A stretch of DNA of 64,000 nucleotides from Candidatus Pseudomonas phytovorans (GCA_029202525.1 CP119325.1:5809258-5873257); one strand, 5' to 3'; positions 8,601 to 23,600 are shown, numbered from the stretch's first letter. The notes: a model not told the origin generated them from the letters alone. Numbers and translations are program-made.

Positions 8601-11600
8601 TTATTGCGTTGAGCCCCGCCGTGATCGATGGCAGCACTCTGCAAGTCACCCTGACCGATGCTGCAGGCAACGTTTCCCCACCGGGCTCGGTCACCTCGGC
8701 CGACCTGCTGTCGCCTGCTCAACCGACCGAACTGGCCTTGGCCGACGGTGTGACCTTCACAGGTCGCGGCGAGCCAGGTACCGCTGTGCAAGTACGCAAT
8801 GCCGCTGGCACCCTGATCGGCACTGGCATCGTCGGTGCCGATGGCCTGTTCAGCATTACCCTTGCGCCCGCACAGGCCAACGGCGAAGCGCTGGATGTGC
8901 GCCTGGTTGACGCTGCTGGCAACACCTCTGCACCGCTGCAATTCGATGCCCCGGATATCACACCACCTGCTGCTGTGAGCAATATCGTCGTAGGTGCCGG
9001 AGGCCTGGTCCTGAGCGGGCGCGGTGAACCGGGTGCCACCGTTGAAGTGCGTGATGCCAACGGCACCGTGATCGGCACCGCTGTGGTCGGCGTCAACGGC
9101 ACCTTCCTGATCGATCTCAGTCCAGCTGCACAGCCGGGTGAGCACCTGAGCCTGGTACAGACCGACCCAAGCGGCAACGCCTCCGTTGCATTGGAATACG
9201 ACGTTCCGCTGACCACTACCCCGGTCAGCCCAAGCAACCTGGCCATCGATGCCGATGGCACCACGCTGACCGGCTCCGCCCCTGCCGGTACTCGCGTGGA
9301 GGTGCATGACGCCAACGGCACGCTGATCGGCAGCGCCATCGCCAGTGCCGATGGCACGTTCACCATCGAACTGAGCCCCGCCCAGGCCAACGGCGAACTG
9401 CTGGATGTCGTCGCCATCGATGACGGTGGCGTGTCCTCACTGCCTGCGCAGATCACCGCGCCAGACATCACCGCCCCTGCGGCACCGACCGAGCTGACTA
9501 TAAGCGCTAACGGCACGGTGCTCACCGGCCGTGCCGAACCCGGCAGCACCGTGCGTATCGTTGCCGCCGATGGCACCGAACTGGGCACTGCCGTGGTCGG
9601 CCCGACCGGCGTATTCAGCATCGACCTTGCGCCGCCACAGGTCGATGGTGAAGTGCTGCAAGCCACTGCCACCGATGCCGCTGGCAACACCTCCACTGCC
9701 AGCTCGGTCACCGCACCGGACATCGACGGCGGCGATACCACGCCGCCTGAAGCGCCGACCAACCTGGTGATCGGCCTGGCCGGCAGCCAACTGAGCGGGC
9801 GCGGCGAAGCCGGGACTACCGTACAGGTGCGTGACGCAGCAGGTAACCTGCTGGCGACCGGTACCGTCGGTCCGGATGGCAACTTCGTTATTGCGCTGAG
9901 CCCTGCCGTGATCGATGGCAGCACTCTGCAAGTCACCCTGACCGATGCTGCAGGCAACGTTTCCCCACCGGGCTCGGTCACCTCGGCCGACCTGCTGTCG
10001 CCTGCTCAACCGACCGAACTGGCCTTGGCCGACGGTGTGACCTTCACAGGTCGCGGCGAGCCAGGTACCGCTGTGCAAGTACGCAATGCCGCTGGCACCC
10101 TGATCGGCACTGGCATCGTCGGTGCCGATGGCCTGTTCAGCATTACCCTTGCGCCCGCACAGGCCAACGGCGAAGCGCTGGATGTGCGCCTGGTTGACGC
10201 TGCTGGCAACACCTCTGCACCGCTGCAATTCGATGCCCCGGATATCACACCACCTGCTGCTGTGAGCAATATCGTCGTAGGTGCCGGAGGCCTGGTCCTG
10301 AGCGGGCGCGGTGAACCGGGTGCCACCGTTGAAGTGCGTGATGCCAACGGCACCGTGATCGGCACCGCTGTGGTCGGCGTCAACGGCACCTTCCTGATCG
10401 ATCTCAGTCCAGCTGCACAGCCGGGTGAGCACCTGAGCCTGGTACAGACCGACCCAAGCGGCAACGCCTCCGTTGCATTGGAATACGACGTTCCGCTGAC
10501 CACTGCCCCGGTCAGCCCGAGCAACCTGGCCATCGATGCCGATGGCACCACCCTCACCGGTAGCGCACCAGCCGGCACCCGCGTGGAAGTTCACGATGCC
10601 AACGGCGCCCTGATCGGCAGTGCCATCGCCAATGCTGATGGCACCTTCACCATCGAACTGAACCCCGCCCAGGCCAACGGCGAACTGCTGGATGTCGTCG
10701 CCATCGATGACGGTGGCGTGTCCTCACTGCCTGCGCAGATCACCGCGCCAGACATCACCGCCCCTGCCGCCCCGACCGACCTGGCCGTCAGCCCGGACGG
10801 TAGCGTCGTCACTGGCCGCGCCGAACCGGGTAGCACCGTGCGTATCGTTGCCGCCGACGGCACCGAACTGGGCACTGCCGTGGTGGGTGCCACCGGCGTG
10901 TTCAGCATCAACCTCACACCGCCACAAGTCGACGGTGAAACGCTGCAAGCCACGGCAACTGATGCCGCCGGCAACACATCACCCACCAGCGCGGTTACCG
11001 CACCGGACATCGACGGTGTCGATACCACGCCACCGGCAGCCCCGACTGACCTGGCAATCGGCCTGGCCGGTAGCCAACTGAGCGGGCGCGGCGAGCCTGG
11101 CACCACCGTGCAGGTACGCGATGCGGCCGGCACTGTGCTGGCCACCGGCACCGTCGGCGCCGATGGCAGCTTCGCGGTTACCCTGGTCCCTGCCGTTACC
11201 GACGGCAGTTCCCTGCTGGTGACACTGACCGATGCCGCCGGCAACGTTTCGCCACCCGGCTCGGTCACCTCGCCGGACCTGCAGGCCCCTGCCCAGCCCA
11301 CCGAGTTGGCCTTGGCTGAGGGGGTGACCTTCAGCGGTCGCGGCGAGCCCGGTGCTACCGTGCAAGTACGTGACGCCGCCGGCACCCTCATCGGCACCGG
11401 CACCGTCGGTGCCGATGGCCTGTTCAGCATTACCCTTGCGCCCGCCCAGGCCAATGGCGAAGCCCTGGACGTGCGCCTGGTGGACGCGGCCGGCAATACT
11501 TCTGCGCCGCTGCAATTCGATGCACCCGACATTACCCCGCCTGCGGCGGTCAGCAACATCGTGGTCGGCAACGGCGGCCTGGCCCTGAGTGGTCGCGGCG

Positions 11601-14600
11601 AAGCAGGCGCCACCGTTGAAGTCCGCGATGCCAACGGTGCCGTAATCGGTACTGGTGTGGTCGGCGTCAACGGCACTTTCCTCATCAGTCTCGACCCGCC
11701 AGTGCAGCCGGGTGAGCAACTGAATCTGGTGCAGACCGACCCGAGCGGCAATGCCTCCGAGGCGCTGCAGTTCGAAGTGCCGGTAACCACTGCCCCGGCC
11801 AGCCCGAGCGACCTGGTGTTCGCCGAAGACGGCACCAGTATCAGCGGCACCGCGCCTGCCGGCACCCGCGTGGAAGTCCATGATGCCAATGGTGCACTGA
11901 TCGGCAGTGTGATAGCTGGCCCGGATGGCAGCTTCACCGTCACCCTCGACCCGATCCAGGCCAATGGTGAACTGCTGGACGTGGTCGCCATCGATGATGC
12001 TGGCATATCGTCCCTGCCAGCACAGGTCACCGCGCCGGACATCACCGCACCTGCCGCCCCGAGCGAACTGGCCGTCAACGCTGACGGTACGGTAGTCACC
12101 GGCCGCGCCGAGCCGGGCAGCACCGTACGCGTGCTGGCCGCCGATGGCACCACCGTGCTGGGTAGCGTGGTCGTTGGCGCCACCGGCAGCTTCAGCATCA
12201 CCCTCAATCCGGCACAGGTCGACGGCGAAGTACTGCAAGTCACCGCCACCGACGCTGCGGGTAATGCCTCCACCGCCGGTAGCGTTACTGCTCCGGATAT
12301 AGACGGTGTCGATACCACGCCACCGCAAGCTCCGACTAACCTGGTAATCGGCCTGGCCGGCAGCCAGTTGAGCGGGCGTGGCGAGGCCGGCACTACCGTG
12401 CAGGTTCGCGATGGCGCAGGCACTGTGCTGGCAACCGGCACTGTCGGCCCGGATGGTAGCTTCATCCTCACCTTGTCCCCTGCCGTGAACGACGGCAGCA
12501 CGCTGCAAGTCACCCTCACCGACGCCGCTGGCAACGTCTCGCAACCCGGCACAGTCGCTTCGCCGGATCTGCAAGCGCCTGCGCAGCCGACCGACCTGGC
12601 CCTGGTCGATGGCGTCACCTTCACCGGTCGCGGCGAGCCCGGCGCCACGGTGCAAGTGCGTAATAGCGCCGGCAACGTGATTGGCACCGGCCTGGTCAAC
12701 CCGGACGGCACCTTCAGCGTCACCCTGTTCCCGGCTCAGGCCAATGGCGAGGCGCTGGACGTGCGGTTGGTAGATACTGCTGGCAACAGCTCTGCGCCGC
12801 TGCAGTTCGATGCACCGGACACCACCCCGCCTGCGGCGGTCAGCAATATCGTGGTCGGTACCGGTGGCCTGGTGCTCAGCGGTCGCGGCGAAGCCGGTGC
12901 CACTGTTGAAGTACGTGATGCAGGCGGTACTGTCATCGGCACCGCCACGGTCGGCGCCAACGGCACCTTCGTGGTCAACCTCGACCCGGCAGCCCAACCG
13001 GGCGCCGCACTGAGCCTGGTACAAACCGACCCAAGCGGCAATGCATCCGAAGCCTTGCAGTATGAAGTACCGCTGACCCCTGCCCCCGCCAGCCCAAGCG
13101 ACCTGGTGGTCGCCGCAAATGGCACCAGCATCACGGGGTCTGCCCCGGCCGGCAGCCGTGTTGAAGTGCACGATGCCAATGGCACGCTGGTCGGCAGCGT
13201 GGTGGTGGGTGCCGGAGGCACCTTCACTGTCATCCTCAACCCGGCCCAGGCCAACGGCGAGCTGCTGGATGTGGTGGCCATCGACGGCACCGGGGCATCG
13301 TCCCTGCCGGTGCAGATCAGTGCGCCGGATATCACTGCCCCGGCCGCACCGAGCGAACTGGCGATCAATGCCAACGGCACCATCGTCACCGGCCGTGCCG
13401 AAGCGGGCAGCACCGTGCGTGTGCTGGCTGCCGATGGCACCACCGTGCTGGGTACGGCGATAGTGGGCGCCACGGGCAGCTTCAGCATCACCCTTAGCCC
13501 GGCACAGGTTGACGGAGAAGTGCTGCAAGTCACCGCCACCGACGCTGCGGGTAATGCCTCCACCGCCGGTAGCGTTACTGCCCCGGATATAGACGGTGTC
13601 GATACCACGCCACCGCAAGCCCCGACCAACCTGGTAATAGGGCTGGCCGGTGGCCAACTGAACGGCCGCGGTGAAGCGGGTGCCAGCGTGCAGGTGCGCG
13701 ATGGCCAAGGCAACGTACTCGCCAATGGCACGGTCAACCCGGATGGCACTTTCCAGATCACCCTGACCCCACCGGTAAACGATGGCAGCACCCTGCAAGT
13801 GGTGCTGACCGATGCCGCCGGCAATGCCTCCGCGCCTGGCACGGTGACCACCCCAGACCTGCAAGCCCCTGCTCAGCCGACTGGCCTGGATCTGGCTGAC
13901 GGTGTAACCCTGACCGGCAGCGGCGAGGCAGGCGCGACGGTGCAAGTACGCGATGCCTCCGGCAACGTGATCGGTACCGGCGTGGTCAACCCGAACGGCA
14001 GCTTCAGCGTTACCCTGGCCCCTGCACAGGCCAATGGTGAGGCCCTCGACATCCGCCTGGTAGATGCCGCCGGCAACACCTCTACCCCTCTGCAGTTCGA
14101 TGCACCGGACACCACCCCACCGGCCGTGGTGAGTAGCATTGTGGTGGGTGCCGGTGGCCTGACCCTGAGCGGGCGCGGCGAAGCTGGCGCCACCGTCGAA
14201 GTACGTGACGCCAACGGCACGCTGATCGGCACCGGCACGGTGACTGCAAACGGCACCTTCCTGCTCGACATCGACCCGGCTGCGCAGCCGGGCGAACGCC
14301 TGAGCCTGGTGCAGACCGATGCCAGCGGCAACGCCTCCACCGCCCTGGAATATGATGTGCCGCTGGTGACCACGCCTGCCAGCCCAAGCGACCTGGTAGT
14401 GGCCGAGGACGGAACCAGCATCAGCGGTGCTGCCCCGGTGGGCAGCCGCGTCGAGGTGCATGACGCCAACGGCGCGCTGGTCGGTAGCATCGTGGTCGGT
14501 GCCGAGGGAACCTTCACCGTGGTGCTCAACCCGGCCCAGGCCAACGGCGAACTGCTGGATGTGGTGGCCATCGACAACAACGGCACCTCATCGCTGCCAG

Positions 14601-17600
14601 TGCAAGTCAGTGCGCCGGACATCACCGCGCCAGTGGCCCCAAGCGACCTGGCGGTCAACCCGACCGGTACCGTGGTCACTGGCCGCGCCGAGGCAGGTAG
14701 CACCGTGCGTGTGCTGGCCGCCGATGGCACCACCGTGCTGGGCAGTGTGCTGGTGGGTGACACAGGTACGTTCAGCATCGGCCTCACCCCGCCACAAGTG
14801 GCCGGCGAGCAACTGCAGGTAACGGCTACCGATACTGCGGGCAATGCGTCCACAGCCGGTACCGTCACCGCACCGATCATCGACAACGGCGGTGACACTA
14901 CACCGCCAGAGCCGGCCACCAACCTGGTGATCAGCCTTGACGGGCGTACCGTTTCCGGCCGCGGCGAAGTGGGTGCCACTGTCGAAGTACGCAACGACCA
15001 AGGCGAGTTGCTGATCAGCGGCACTGTGCAGCCGGACGGCAGCTTCAACGTACAACTGCCGACCCCGGTAGTTGATGGTTCGTCTCTGCAGGTGACCCTG
15101 ACCGATGCCGCAGGCAACGTGTCGACCCCAAGCCCGCTGACCACACCAGACCAGGTAGCGCCGCCGCAACCCACTGGCCTGACCCTGGCCGACGGCGAAA
15201 CCCTGACCGGCAGCGCCGAACCTGGCGCGCGGGTAGAGGTGCGCGATGCTGGGGGCAACCTGATTGGCAGCGTCATTGCAGGGCCCGATGGCAGCTTTAC
15301 CCTCACCCTCGACATACCCCAGGCCAACGGCGAAACCGTGTCCGTCACCGCTACCGATACGGCGGGCAACACGTCGGTGCCACTCAGCTACGCGACACCG
15401 GATATCACCCCACCCGGTGTCATCACCAACGTGGTAGCCGGTGCCGGCGGCCTGGCAGTTTCTGGCCGGGGCGAAGCAGGTGCCAGCGTTGAGGTGCGTG
15501 ATGCCAATGGCACCGTCATCGGTACCGGCACCGTCGCGCCCAATGGCACCTTCGTGGTCGAACTCGACACCCCGCTGGTGGCAGGCGAAACCATCGTGCT
15601 GGTACAGACCGATGCCGCTGGTAACCCTTCGGTAGGCCTGGGCGTGATCGTGCCGAACGTACCGGTACCAGAAAGCCCGACTGGCGTGGTGGTCGCCGGC
15701 GATGGCAGCTCTGTCAGCGGTACCGCTCCTGCCGGTTCGCTGGTGGAGGTACGCGATGCCCAAGGGACCGTGGTGGGCAGCGTGCAAGCCGGGCCGGACG
15801 GCAGCTTCACCATCGGCCTTACGCCTGTTCAGGCAAACGGTGAAACACTGGACGTGGTGGCTATCGATGCCGATGGCAACAGCTCGCTGCCGACCCAGGT
15901 CAACGCACCGGACATCACCCCGCCCAACGAGGCGACCGAACTGCAATTGAGCAACGATGGCAGCACCCTGACCGGGCGCGGCGAGCCTGGCACCACGGTG
16001 CAGGTCATTGATGCCCAGGGCAATGTGCTGGGCAACGCCCAGGTGGGCCTCGACGGTGTCATCAGCGTGCAGCTGGTACCACCGCAAACCGACGGCCAGG
16101 AACTGGACGTAGTGCTGCGCGACGGCGCAGGCAATACCTCGACCGCCACCATCATCGCCCCCGACCTGGACGGCCCGCTGCAACCTTCGGGGCTGGCCAT
16201 TGATACCGCTGGCATTCACCTGACCGGCCAAGGCCAGAGCGGCTCGACCATCACCGTGCGCGATGCTGACGGCAATGTGCTGGGCACCGCCACAGTGGGC
16301 GCGGACGGCCGCTTCGATGTCACCCTTAACGCAGCGCAACGCAACGGCGAAAGCCTGACCGTGGACGCCACCGACAGCCTTGGTAACAGCGCAGGCCCGG
16401 TGAGCTTTACCGCACCAGACACCACGCCACCGCAAGTGGTTACCACCCCGGCCATCGACGAAACCGGCACCACCGTGACCGGCATCGGCGAACCAGGTGC
16501 CACCGTCACCGTGCGCGGGCCAGACGGTACTGTGCTGGGCAGCGCCGTGGTCGGCGTAACCGGCGGGTTCGAAATCACCCTCGACCCGCCACAAACCAAT
16601 GGCCAGGCGCTGACCGTGGAACAGCGCGACACGACCGGCAACCTGTCGGCGGCCGTAGACCTGCCTGCACCTGACAGCGAGGCACCGGCCATCCCCGGCG
16701 GCCTCACCCTTTCGGGCGACGGCAAAACCCTTACTGGTACCGGTGAACCCGGTGCGCAGGTGACCGTGACTGGCACGGCCGGCGCGGTAGTAGGCACCGC
16801 CACCGTGCAACCCGATGGCAGCTTCAGCGTGGCCATCAACCCCGCACAGGTGAACGGCCAGACGCTGACCGTCAGCCAGGCGGACAGCGCCGGCAACCCT
16901 TCCCCTGCCGACATCGTGACTGCACCCGACCTTGAGGCACCGCTGCCAGCGCTGGGCATAGGCCTGGACCCTGCCGGGACCACGCTTACCGGTCAGGGCG
17001 AACCCGGCAGTACCGTGGAAGTACGCAATGGCAACGGTGACCTGCTGGGTTCCGCGCTGGTGGAAGAAGACGGCAGCTTCAGCGTGTCGATCGCACCTGC
17101 GCAGACCAACGGCGAAACGCTGTCGGTGGTCCTGATCGATGGCGGTGGTAATGCCTCGCCATCGACCAGCTATACCGCCGATGACAGCACCGCGCCAACC
17201 GCGCCGGCCGGCCTCACGATTACCCCGGGCGGCAGCGCCATCCAGGGCACCGGCGAGGCAGGCAGCACCGTCGAGGTTCGCAACGCCGCCGGCGACCTGC
17301 TCGGCAGCGTCGTGGTACCGGCTGGTGGCAACTTCACAGTACCGCTGGCACCTGCGCAGCTTGATGGGCAGAACCTTGATGTGACGCTGACCGATACCGC
17401 GGGCAACGTCTCTGACATTACCCCGATCACCGCGCCAGACATTACCCCGCCAGCACTGCCAACCGGGGTAACAGTCAGCGACGACGGCACCACCGTCACC
17501 GGCAATGCACCAGGCGCCAGCACTGTTACTGTCACCGACAGCACGGGCAACGAGGTCACCGTGCCGGTCAACCCGGACGGCAGCTTCAGCGTGCCACTGA

Positions 17601-20600
17601 CCAACCCGCAGACCAACGGCGAAACCGTGACGGTGGTGGTGACCGACGCAGCCGGTAACGATTCGGCGCCGGTGACGACTACTGCACCTGACACCACTGA
17701 TCCGCTACCGGCCACCGGTGTGACGGTAAGCCCGGATGGCGGCACCGTAGGCGGCACCGCAGAACCGGGCAGTACCGTGGTCGTGCGTGACGCCGACGGC
17801 AACCCTGTCGGCAGCGGCACCACAGGCCCGGACGGCACATTCGTAGTGCCGGTCGATCCGCCATTTGCCGCTGGCGGCAGCGGCACCGTGGTGGTCACCG
17901 ACCCGGCGGGCAATGACTCCACCGAAACACCCGTGGCAGGCCCGACCGGCAACGAAGTCGAAACGCCAACGTCGCTTGCGATCAGTGCCGACGGCTTCCT
18001 GCTGACTGGCCAAGGCACCATCGGCTCGCTGATCACCGTGACTTCCGGCGGCACCACCCTGGGTACCGCCACGGTCGGTAGCGATGGCACCTTCCGCGTG
18101 TTCTTCCTTAATGCACAGCTCAACGCCCAGATCCTGCAAGTCAGCGCCCGCGCCACCGTCGATGGCCAGCCCTCGATACCGACCACCTTGGTGGCCAACG
18201 ACACCACGGCGCCGAATGCACCGACCGCAACCATCGACCGTACCGGCAGCACGCTGACCGGCCAGGGCGAAGTGGGGGCAACCGTGCGCGTTACCGATGC
18301 CCAAGGCACCGTACTCGGTACCGCCCTCGTGGGCAGCAATGGCTTGTACAGCCTCAGCCTCACACCACCTGTGGCCAACGGCCAGAACCTGGTCATCACC
18401 CAGGCCGACGCTGCCGGTAACGTGTCGCTGGCGGCCAGCGTGCAGGCACCCGACCTGCAGGCACCGCTGGCGGCCAGCAACCTCAGCCTCAACGGCGCGG
18501 CCACCGTGCTCAGCGGCCAGGGCGAAGCCGGCGCCAGCGTCACCGTACGCGATGCCAGCGGCGCCATCCTGGCCACCGGCACCGTCAACCAGAGCGGCCA
18601 GTTCCAGATCACCCTGCCCAACGCGCAGACCAGCGGCAGCCCGCTGCAGGTCACCCTCAGCGATGCTGCGGGCAACGTGTCCGGCCCGGCCAGCCTGGCC
18701 ACGCCAGACCGCACGCCACCCGCTGCCATCACCAACCCGGCATTGAGCCAGGATGGCCGACAGCTGTCCGGCAGCGGCGAAGTGGGGGCTACCGTGCAGG
18801 TGCGCAACGCCGCCGGTACCGTGCTGGGCACTGCCACGGTGGGCGCCGACGGTCGCTTCACGGTGACCTTCGATACCCCGCAAGCCACCGGCCAGGCGAT
18901 CGGCGTGACGCAAGTGGATGCTGCTGGCAATACGTCGCCAGCGGTCAACGTGCAAACCCCGGACCTGACCCCTCCAGCACCGCTGACCAACGTGGTGCTG
19001 AACAACAACGGCCTGACCCTGACCGGCCTCGGCGAAGCCGGCGCCAGCGTCACCGTGCGGGGTGCCGACGGCACCATCATCGGCACCGGCCTGGTAGCGG
19101 CCAATGGCAGCTTCACCCTCACGCTCACCAGTGCCCAGCTCAACGCCCAGCACCTGAGCGTGACCCAGACCGACGCGGGCAACAACACCTCCACCGCTGT
19201 AGCGGTCACCGCGCCAGACTTCACGCCGCCCGCCGCACCGACCGCGCTGGCCCTGGCAGGCACCGGCCTGCAACTGACCGGTAACGCCGAAGCCGGCAGC
19301 ACCGTGACCGTGCGCGATGCCAGCGGCAACGTGCTGGGCACGGCGGTAGCCACCAGCAACGGCACCTTCCAGGTCACCCTGAACAGCGCCCAGACCAATG
19401 GCCAGACCTTGCAGGTAACGGCCACCGATGCAGCGGGCAACGTATCGCCGGCCGCGCCTTACACCGCAGCCGATACCACGCCGCCAGCCGCCGTGACCAA
19501 CCTGGCGGTCTCCGCCAGTGGCGCCACCCTGACCGGCAATGGCGAAGCAGGCGCAACCGTCACCGTGCGGGCACCCGACAATACCGTGCTGGGCACCGCT
19601 ACGGTCGGCGCCGACGGCCACTTCAGCGTGGCCCTGTCGCCGGCCGCGATCACAGGCGAAAGCCTCAGCGTGGTTCAGGCGGATGCCGCGCAGAACCTCT
19701 CCCCTGCGCAAAACGTCACCGCGCCGGGCCTTCTGGCACCGGCAACACCCGACAACCTGGTCCTGGCCGCTGACGGCCTGTCGGTTACCGGCACGGCAGC
19801 GGTGGGCAGCACGGTCAAGGTGTTTGGCCCCAATGGCGTATTGCTGGGCAGCAGCCCGGTAGCCAACGACGGCACCTTCACCGTCAACCTCGGCAGTGCC
19901 CAAGCCAACGGTGAAGTGCTGCACGTCAGCGCCACCGGCAGCGACGGCGCAGTCTCGCTGCCGGCCACCCTGCTGGCACCGGACACCACCGCACCGCTAC
20001 CGCTGACCAACCTGGTGCTGTCCAACGACGGCCTGGTACTCAGCGGCCGCGGCGAACCCGGCGCCACCGTTACCGTAAGCGGTGAAGGCGGTATCGACCT
20101 GGGCACCGCCGTGGTGGATGCCAACGGCAACTTCAGCGCCAACCTGAGCAGCGCGCAACTCAACGGCGAGCGGCTCGGTGCCGTGCAGTGGGATGCGGCC
20201 GGCAACGAGTCCAACAGCGTCAGCCTGACCGCGCCAGACCGTATCGCACCGGACGCCGCCGTCAACCTGGCATTTGCCGGGGGTGGCAGCCTGCTCAACG
20301 GCAGCGGTGAAGCCGGCGCCGCCGTGAAAGTGCTGGCGGTTGACGGCAGTGTATTGGGCAACGCAACGGTGCGCGCCGACGGCACCTTCCAGGTCGCCCT
20401 CAACCCGCCGCAGACCAACGGCCAGCAAGTGCATGTGGTATTGACCGATGCCGCTGGCAACCAGTCGGATTCCAGTGCAATCACCGCCGCCGATACCACG
20501 CCACCGGCAGCGCCAACGCAACTGGCGATTTCCAGCGATGGCATCACCATCACCGGCCGCGGCGAAGCCGGTGCCGAGGTGGTGGTGACAGGCCCAGGCG

Positions 20601-23600
20601 GCGCAGTAATCGGCAGCGCTTTCGTCGACGCCAGTGGCCACTTCACCCTTACCCTGAGCCCGGCACTGGGCAATGGCGAGCTGCTCAGCTTTACCCAGGC
20701 GGATGGCACCGGCAACGTGTCGGCGGTGGCCACCCTGCTGACGCCGGACTTCACCCCACCCGCACAGCTCACCGCAGTAGCGGTCAACACCGACGGCAGT
20801 GTAGTTACCGGCCTTGGCGAAGCCGGTGCAACGGTAACGGTGAGCAACGCGGCCGGGCTCGTGCTGGGTACCGGCACGGTGCTTGCCGACGGCAGCTTCC
20901 GGGTCGCGCTTTCGACCCCGCAGATCAATGATGAATTGCTGTCGGTGCAGCAGGCCGACCCACCCGGCAACATCAGCGCGCCGGTCGACGTGCGGGCGCC
21001 GGACCATACACCGCCTGCGCCTGCTACCGAGCTGCGGCTCAATGCAGCCGGTGACGTGCTGACCGGGGTGGGCGAGCCGGGCGCTACCGTGCGCGTGTTC
21101 GTCGGCATCGTCGAAATCGGCGCCCTCAACGTTACGGTTGGCCCGAACGGCACGTTCTCGATCGCACTCAACGGCGCACAGCTCAACGGCCAGGTGTTGC
21201 AGGTAACCCTGACCGACAGCTTCAGCAACGTGTCGACGATCAGTGCCGTCACGGCGGTGGACATCACCCCACCGGCCGGCGTCATCGGTGACATCAATAG
21301 CAGCGGCACCCAATTCGTGGGTACCGCCGAGCCCGGAACACGGGTCACCATCATCAATAACCAGGGTGACCTGCTCGGCCAGGTGACCGTGGACCCGGAC
21401 GGCACGTTCGTCATCGACCTGGCCACTGCGCAAATCAATGGCCAAGAACTGACCATCATTGCCCAGGACGCCACTGGCAACCCTTCCGCGCCGCTGTTCG
21501 TGACCGCACCCGACCTGACGCCACCGGTACAACCGAGCAACCTGTTGCTCAACCTGCTGGGTACCTCGATGACCGGTACTGCCGAGGCCGGCAGCATCAT
21601 CACCGTGCGTGGCCCGAACAACAATGTGCTGGGCACGGTGGTAGTGGGCGAAGACGGCCAGTTCACCGTGCCGGTCAATCCGGCACAGAACAACGGCCAA
21701 CTGCTGAGCGTGGTGTCCACGGACGCTGCCGGCAATGCTTCGCTGCCCGCCGCATACCAGACCAATGACACTTCGCCGCCTGCCATAGTCACCAACCTCA
21801 GCATCAACAACAGCTTCAACGTGCTGACCGGTAAAGGGGAAGCGAATGCGACGGTCACCGTCAGCGTTGGCGCAACGGTGCTGGGTACGGCTGTGGTGGA
21901 CGCAGCCGGCAACTTCCAGGTCAGCTTGGTGCCCAGTGTCGGCTCGCTGGCTATCCTGTCTGTGACCCAGTCCGACGGGGTCAACACCTCGGCGATTGCA
22001 AGCTACATCACCCCGCTGTTACCGCCACCTGTACCACCGACCAACGTCACGCTGGCAAGCGACGGTTTGACGCTGGCGGGTAAAGCCCCCACCGGGGCGA
22101 GCATCCGCGTCTACGATGCCAATGGCAACCTGATCGGTAGCGGCGCGTCCAACCTCAATGGCGACTTCACCCTGACGTTGAACACGCCACAACTTAATGG
22201 CCAATCCCTCTCGGTGACGGCACTGGCGGTGCTGGGTGGCGAATCGCAACCCACCTTCGTGCAGGCCGCAGACATCACCCCACCGGCCAACCCGGTGGTG
22301 ACAAGCTGGTCGACCAACGGCCTGGTGCTGACCGGTACGGGGGAGGCCGGCGCCACAGTGACCGTGCGCGATGCCAGCAACAACGTGCTCGGCACGGCGG
22401 TGGTAAATGGCGGTGGCGTGTTCACCGTCAACCTCAACGCCGCGCAGCTCAATGGCCAGGTGCTGGGCGTCAGCCAGACCGACGCCGCTGGCAATCTTTC
22501 CGGCACTACCAGCGTCATCGCCGTCGATGTTCAGCCACCGGCCGCACCAACCAATGTAACCATCAACGGCACCGGCACCGTACTTGGCGGCAACGGCGAG
22601 GCAGGCGCCACCGTCACCGTGCAAGGCCCGAACGGCCAGGTCGGTACAGGTGTGGTGCAGGCTGACGGTACGTTCAGCATCACGCTGAACACACCACAGA
22701 ACGACGGGCAACAGCTGGTCGTGCGCCAGTCCGACCCTACCGGCAACCTGTCAAGCAGCGTCAACCTGAACGCGCCGGACACCACACCGCCAGTCGCGCC
22801 GTTGGCCACCATCAACGCCAATGGCACCTCGGTCAGCGGCTCTGGCCAGGTCGGCAGTACCGTCAACGTGCGCAACAGCGCCGGTACCTTGCTCGGTACC
22901 GCCACGGTCGGCAGCAACGGCCAGTTCGTGGTCAGCCTGGCAGCCGCGCAGATCGATAACCAAGCTTTGAGCGTGACCCTCACCGACGCAGGGGGCACCT
23001 CGACCGGCACTGCGCTCACCGCGCCGGACCTGACCCCGCCAGCGGCTGCCGGCAACCTGCTGATCAGTGCCGACGGTGCCACCCTTACCGGTACCGGCGA
23101 AGTGGGTGCCACGGTGACCGTGCGCAGTGCCAACGGCACCGTGCTGCAAACCGCGACCGTGCGGCCGGATGGCGGCTTCACGGTGACCCTGAGCCCGGCG
23201 CAGGACAACGGCCAGATACTGTCGATCACCGTCAGCGACCCGCGCGGTAATGTCTCTGGCAACGTCAACATCACCGCACCGGATGTGGATGCCAACGCCC
23301 CGGTCATCGCCAGCGACAACCTGGCGACTGCCACCGTCAACCTGGTGCCAGTCAGCGCCACCAAGACCTACACCGACAGCTTCAGCACACTTTTGTCGGG
23401 CTTTACCAAGACCTACACCTGGACAGTGGCGGCCGGCACCACGGTTGACCCGACCCTGACGCTGACTACCAACAGCGTGCTGGCGCTGCTCAACAACGCC
23501 ACGTTCACCCTCCAGGTAAAAGACGCCACCGGCGCGTGGGTCACCCTCGCCACCGGTAACACCCAGGGCCTGCTCGACCTGATCGTGCTGCCGATCGGGC

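Larger units (their letters stand above)
6106..23285 (+). repeat. in-frame tandem array of ~65 Ig-like domains of 84-91 aa
   Basis: Recurrent pattern APD(I/V)T.P..P..L......LTG.(G/A)E.G.TV.VR...G..(I/L)G...V...G.F.(I/V).L.P.Q.(N/D)G..L.V...D.AGN.S throughout this range. Confidence 0.9.

Noticed and set aside
6884-15904. Regularly spaced repeats, which could be a CRISPR-like array.
   Set aside because: The period is 1287-1293 bp and the repeats are in-frame coding sequence of one ORF. There are no short repeat/spacer units and no cas genes.
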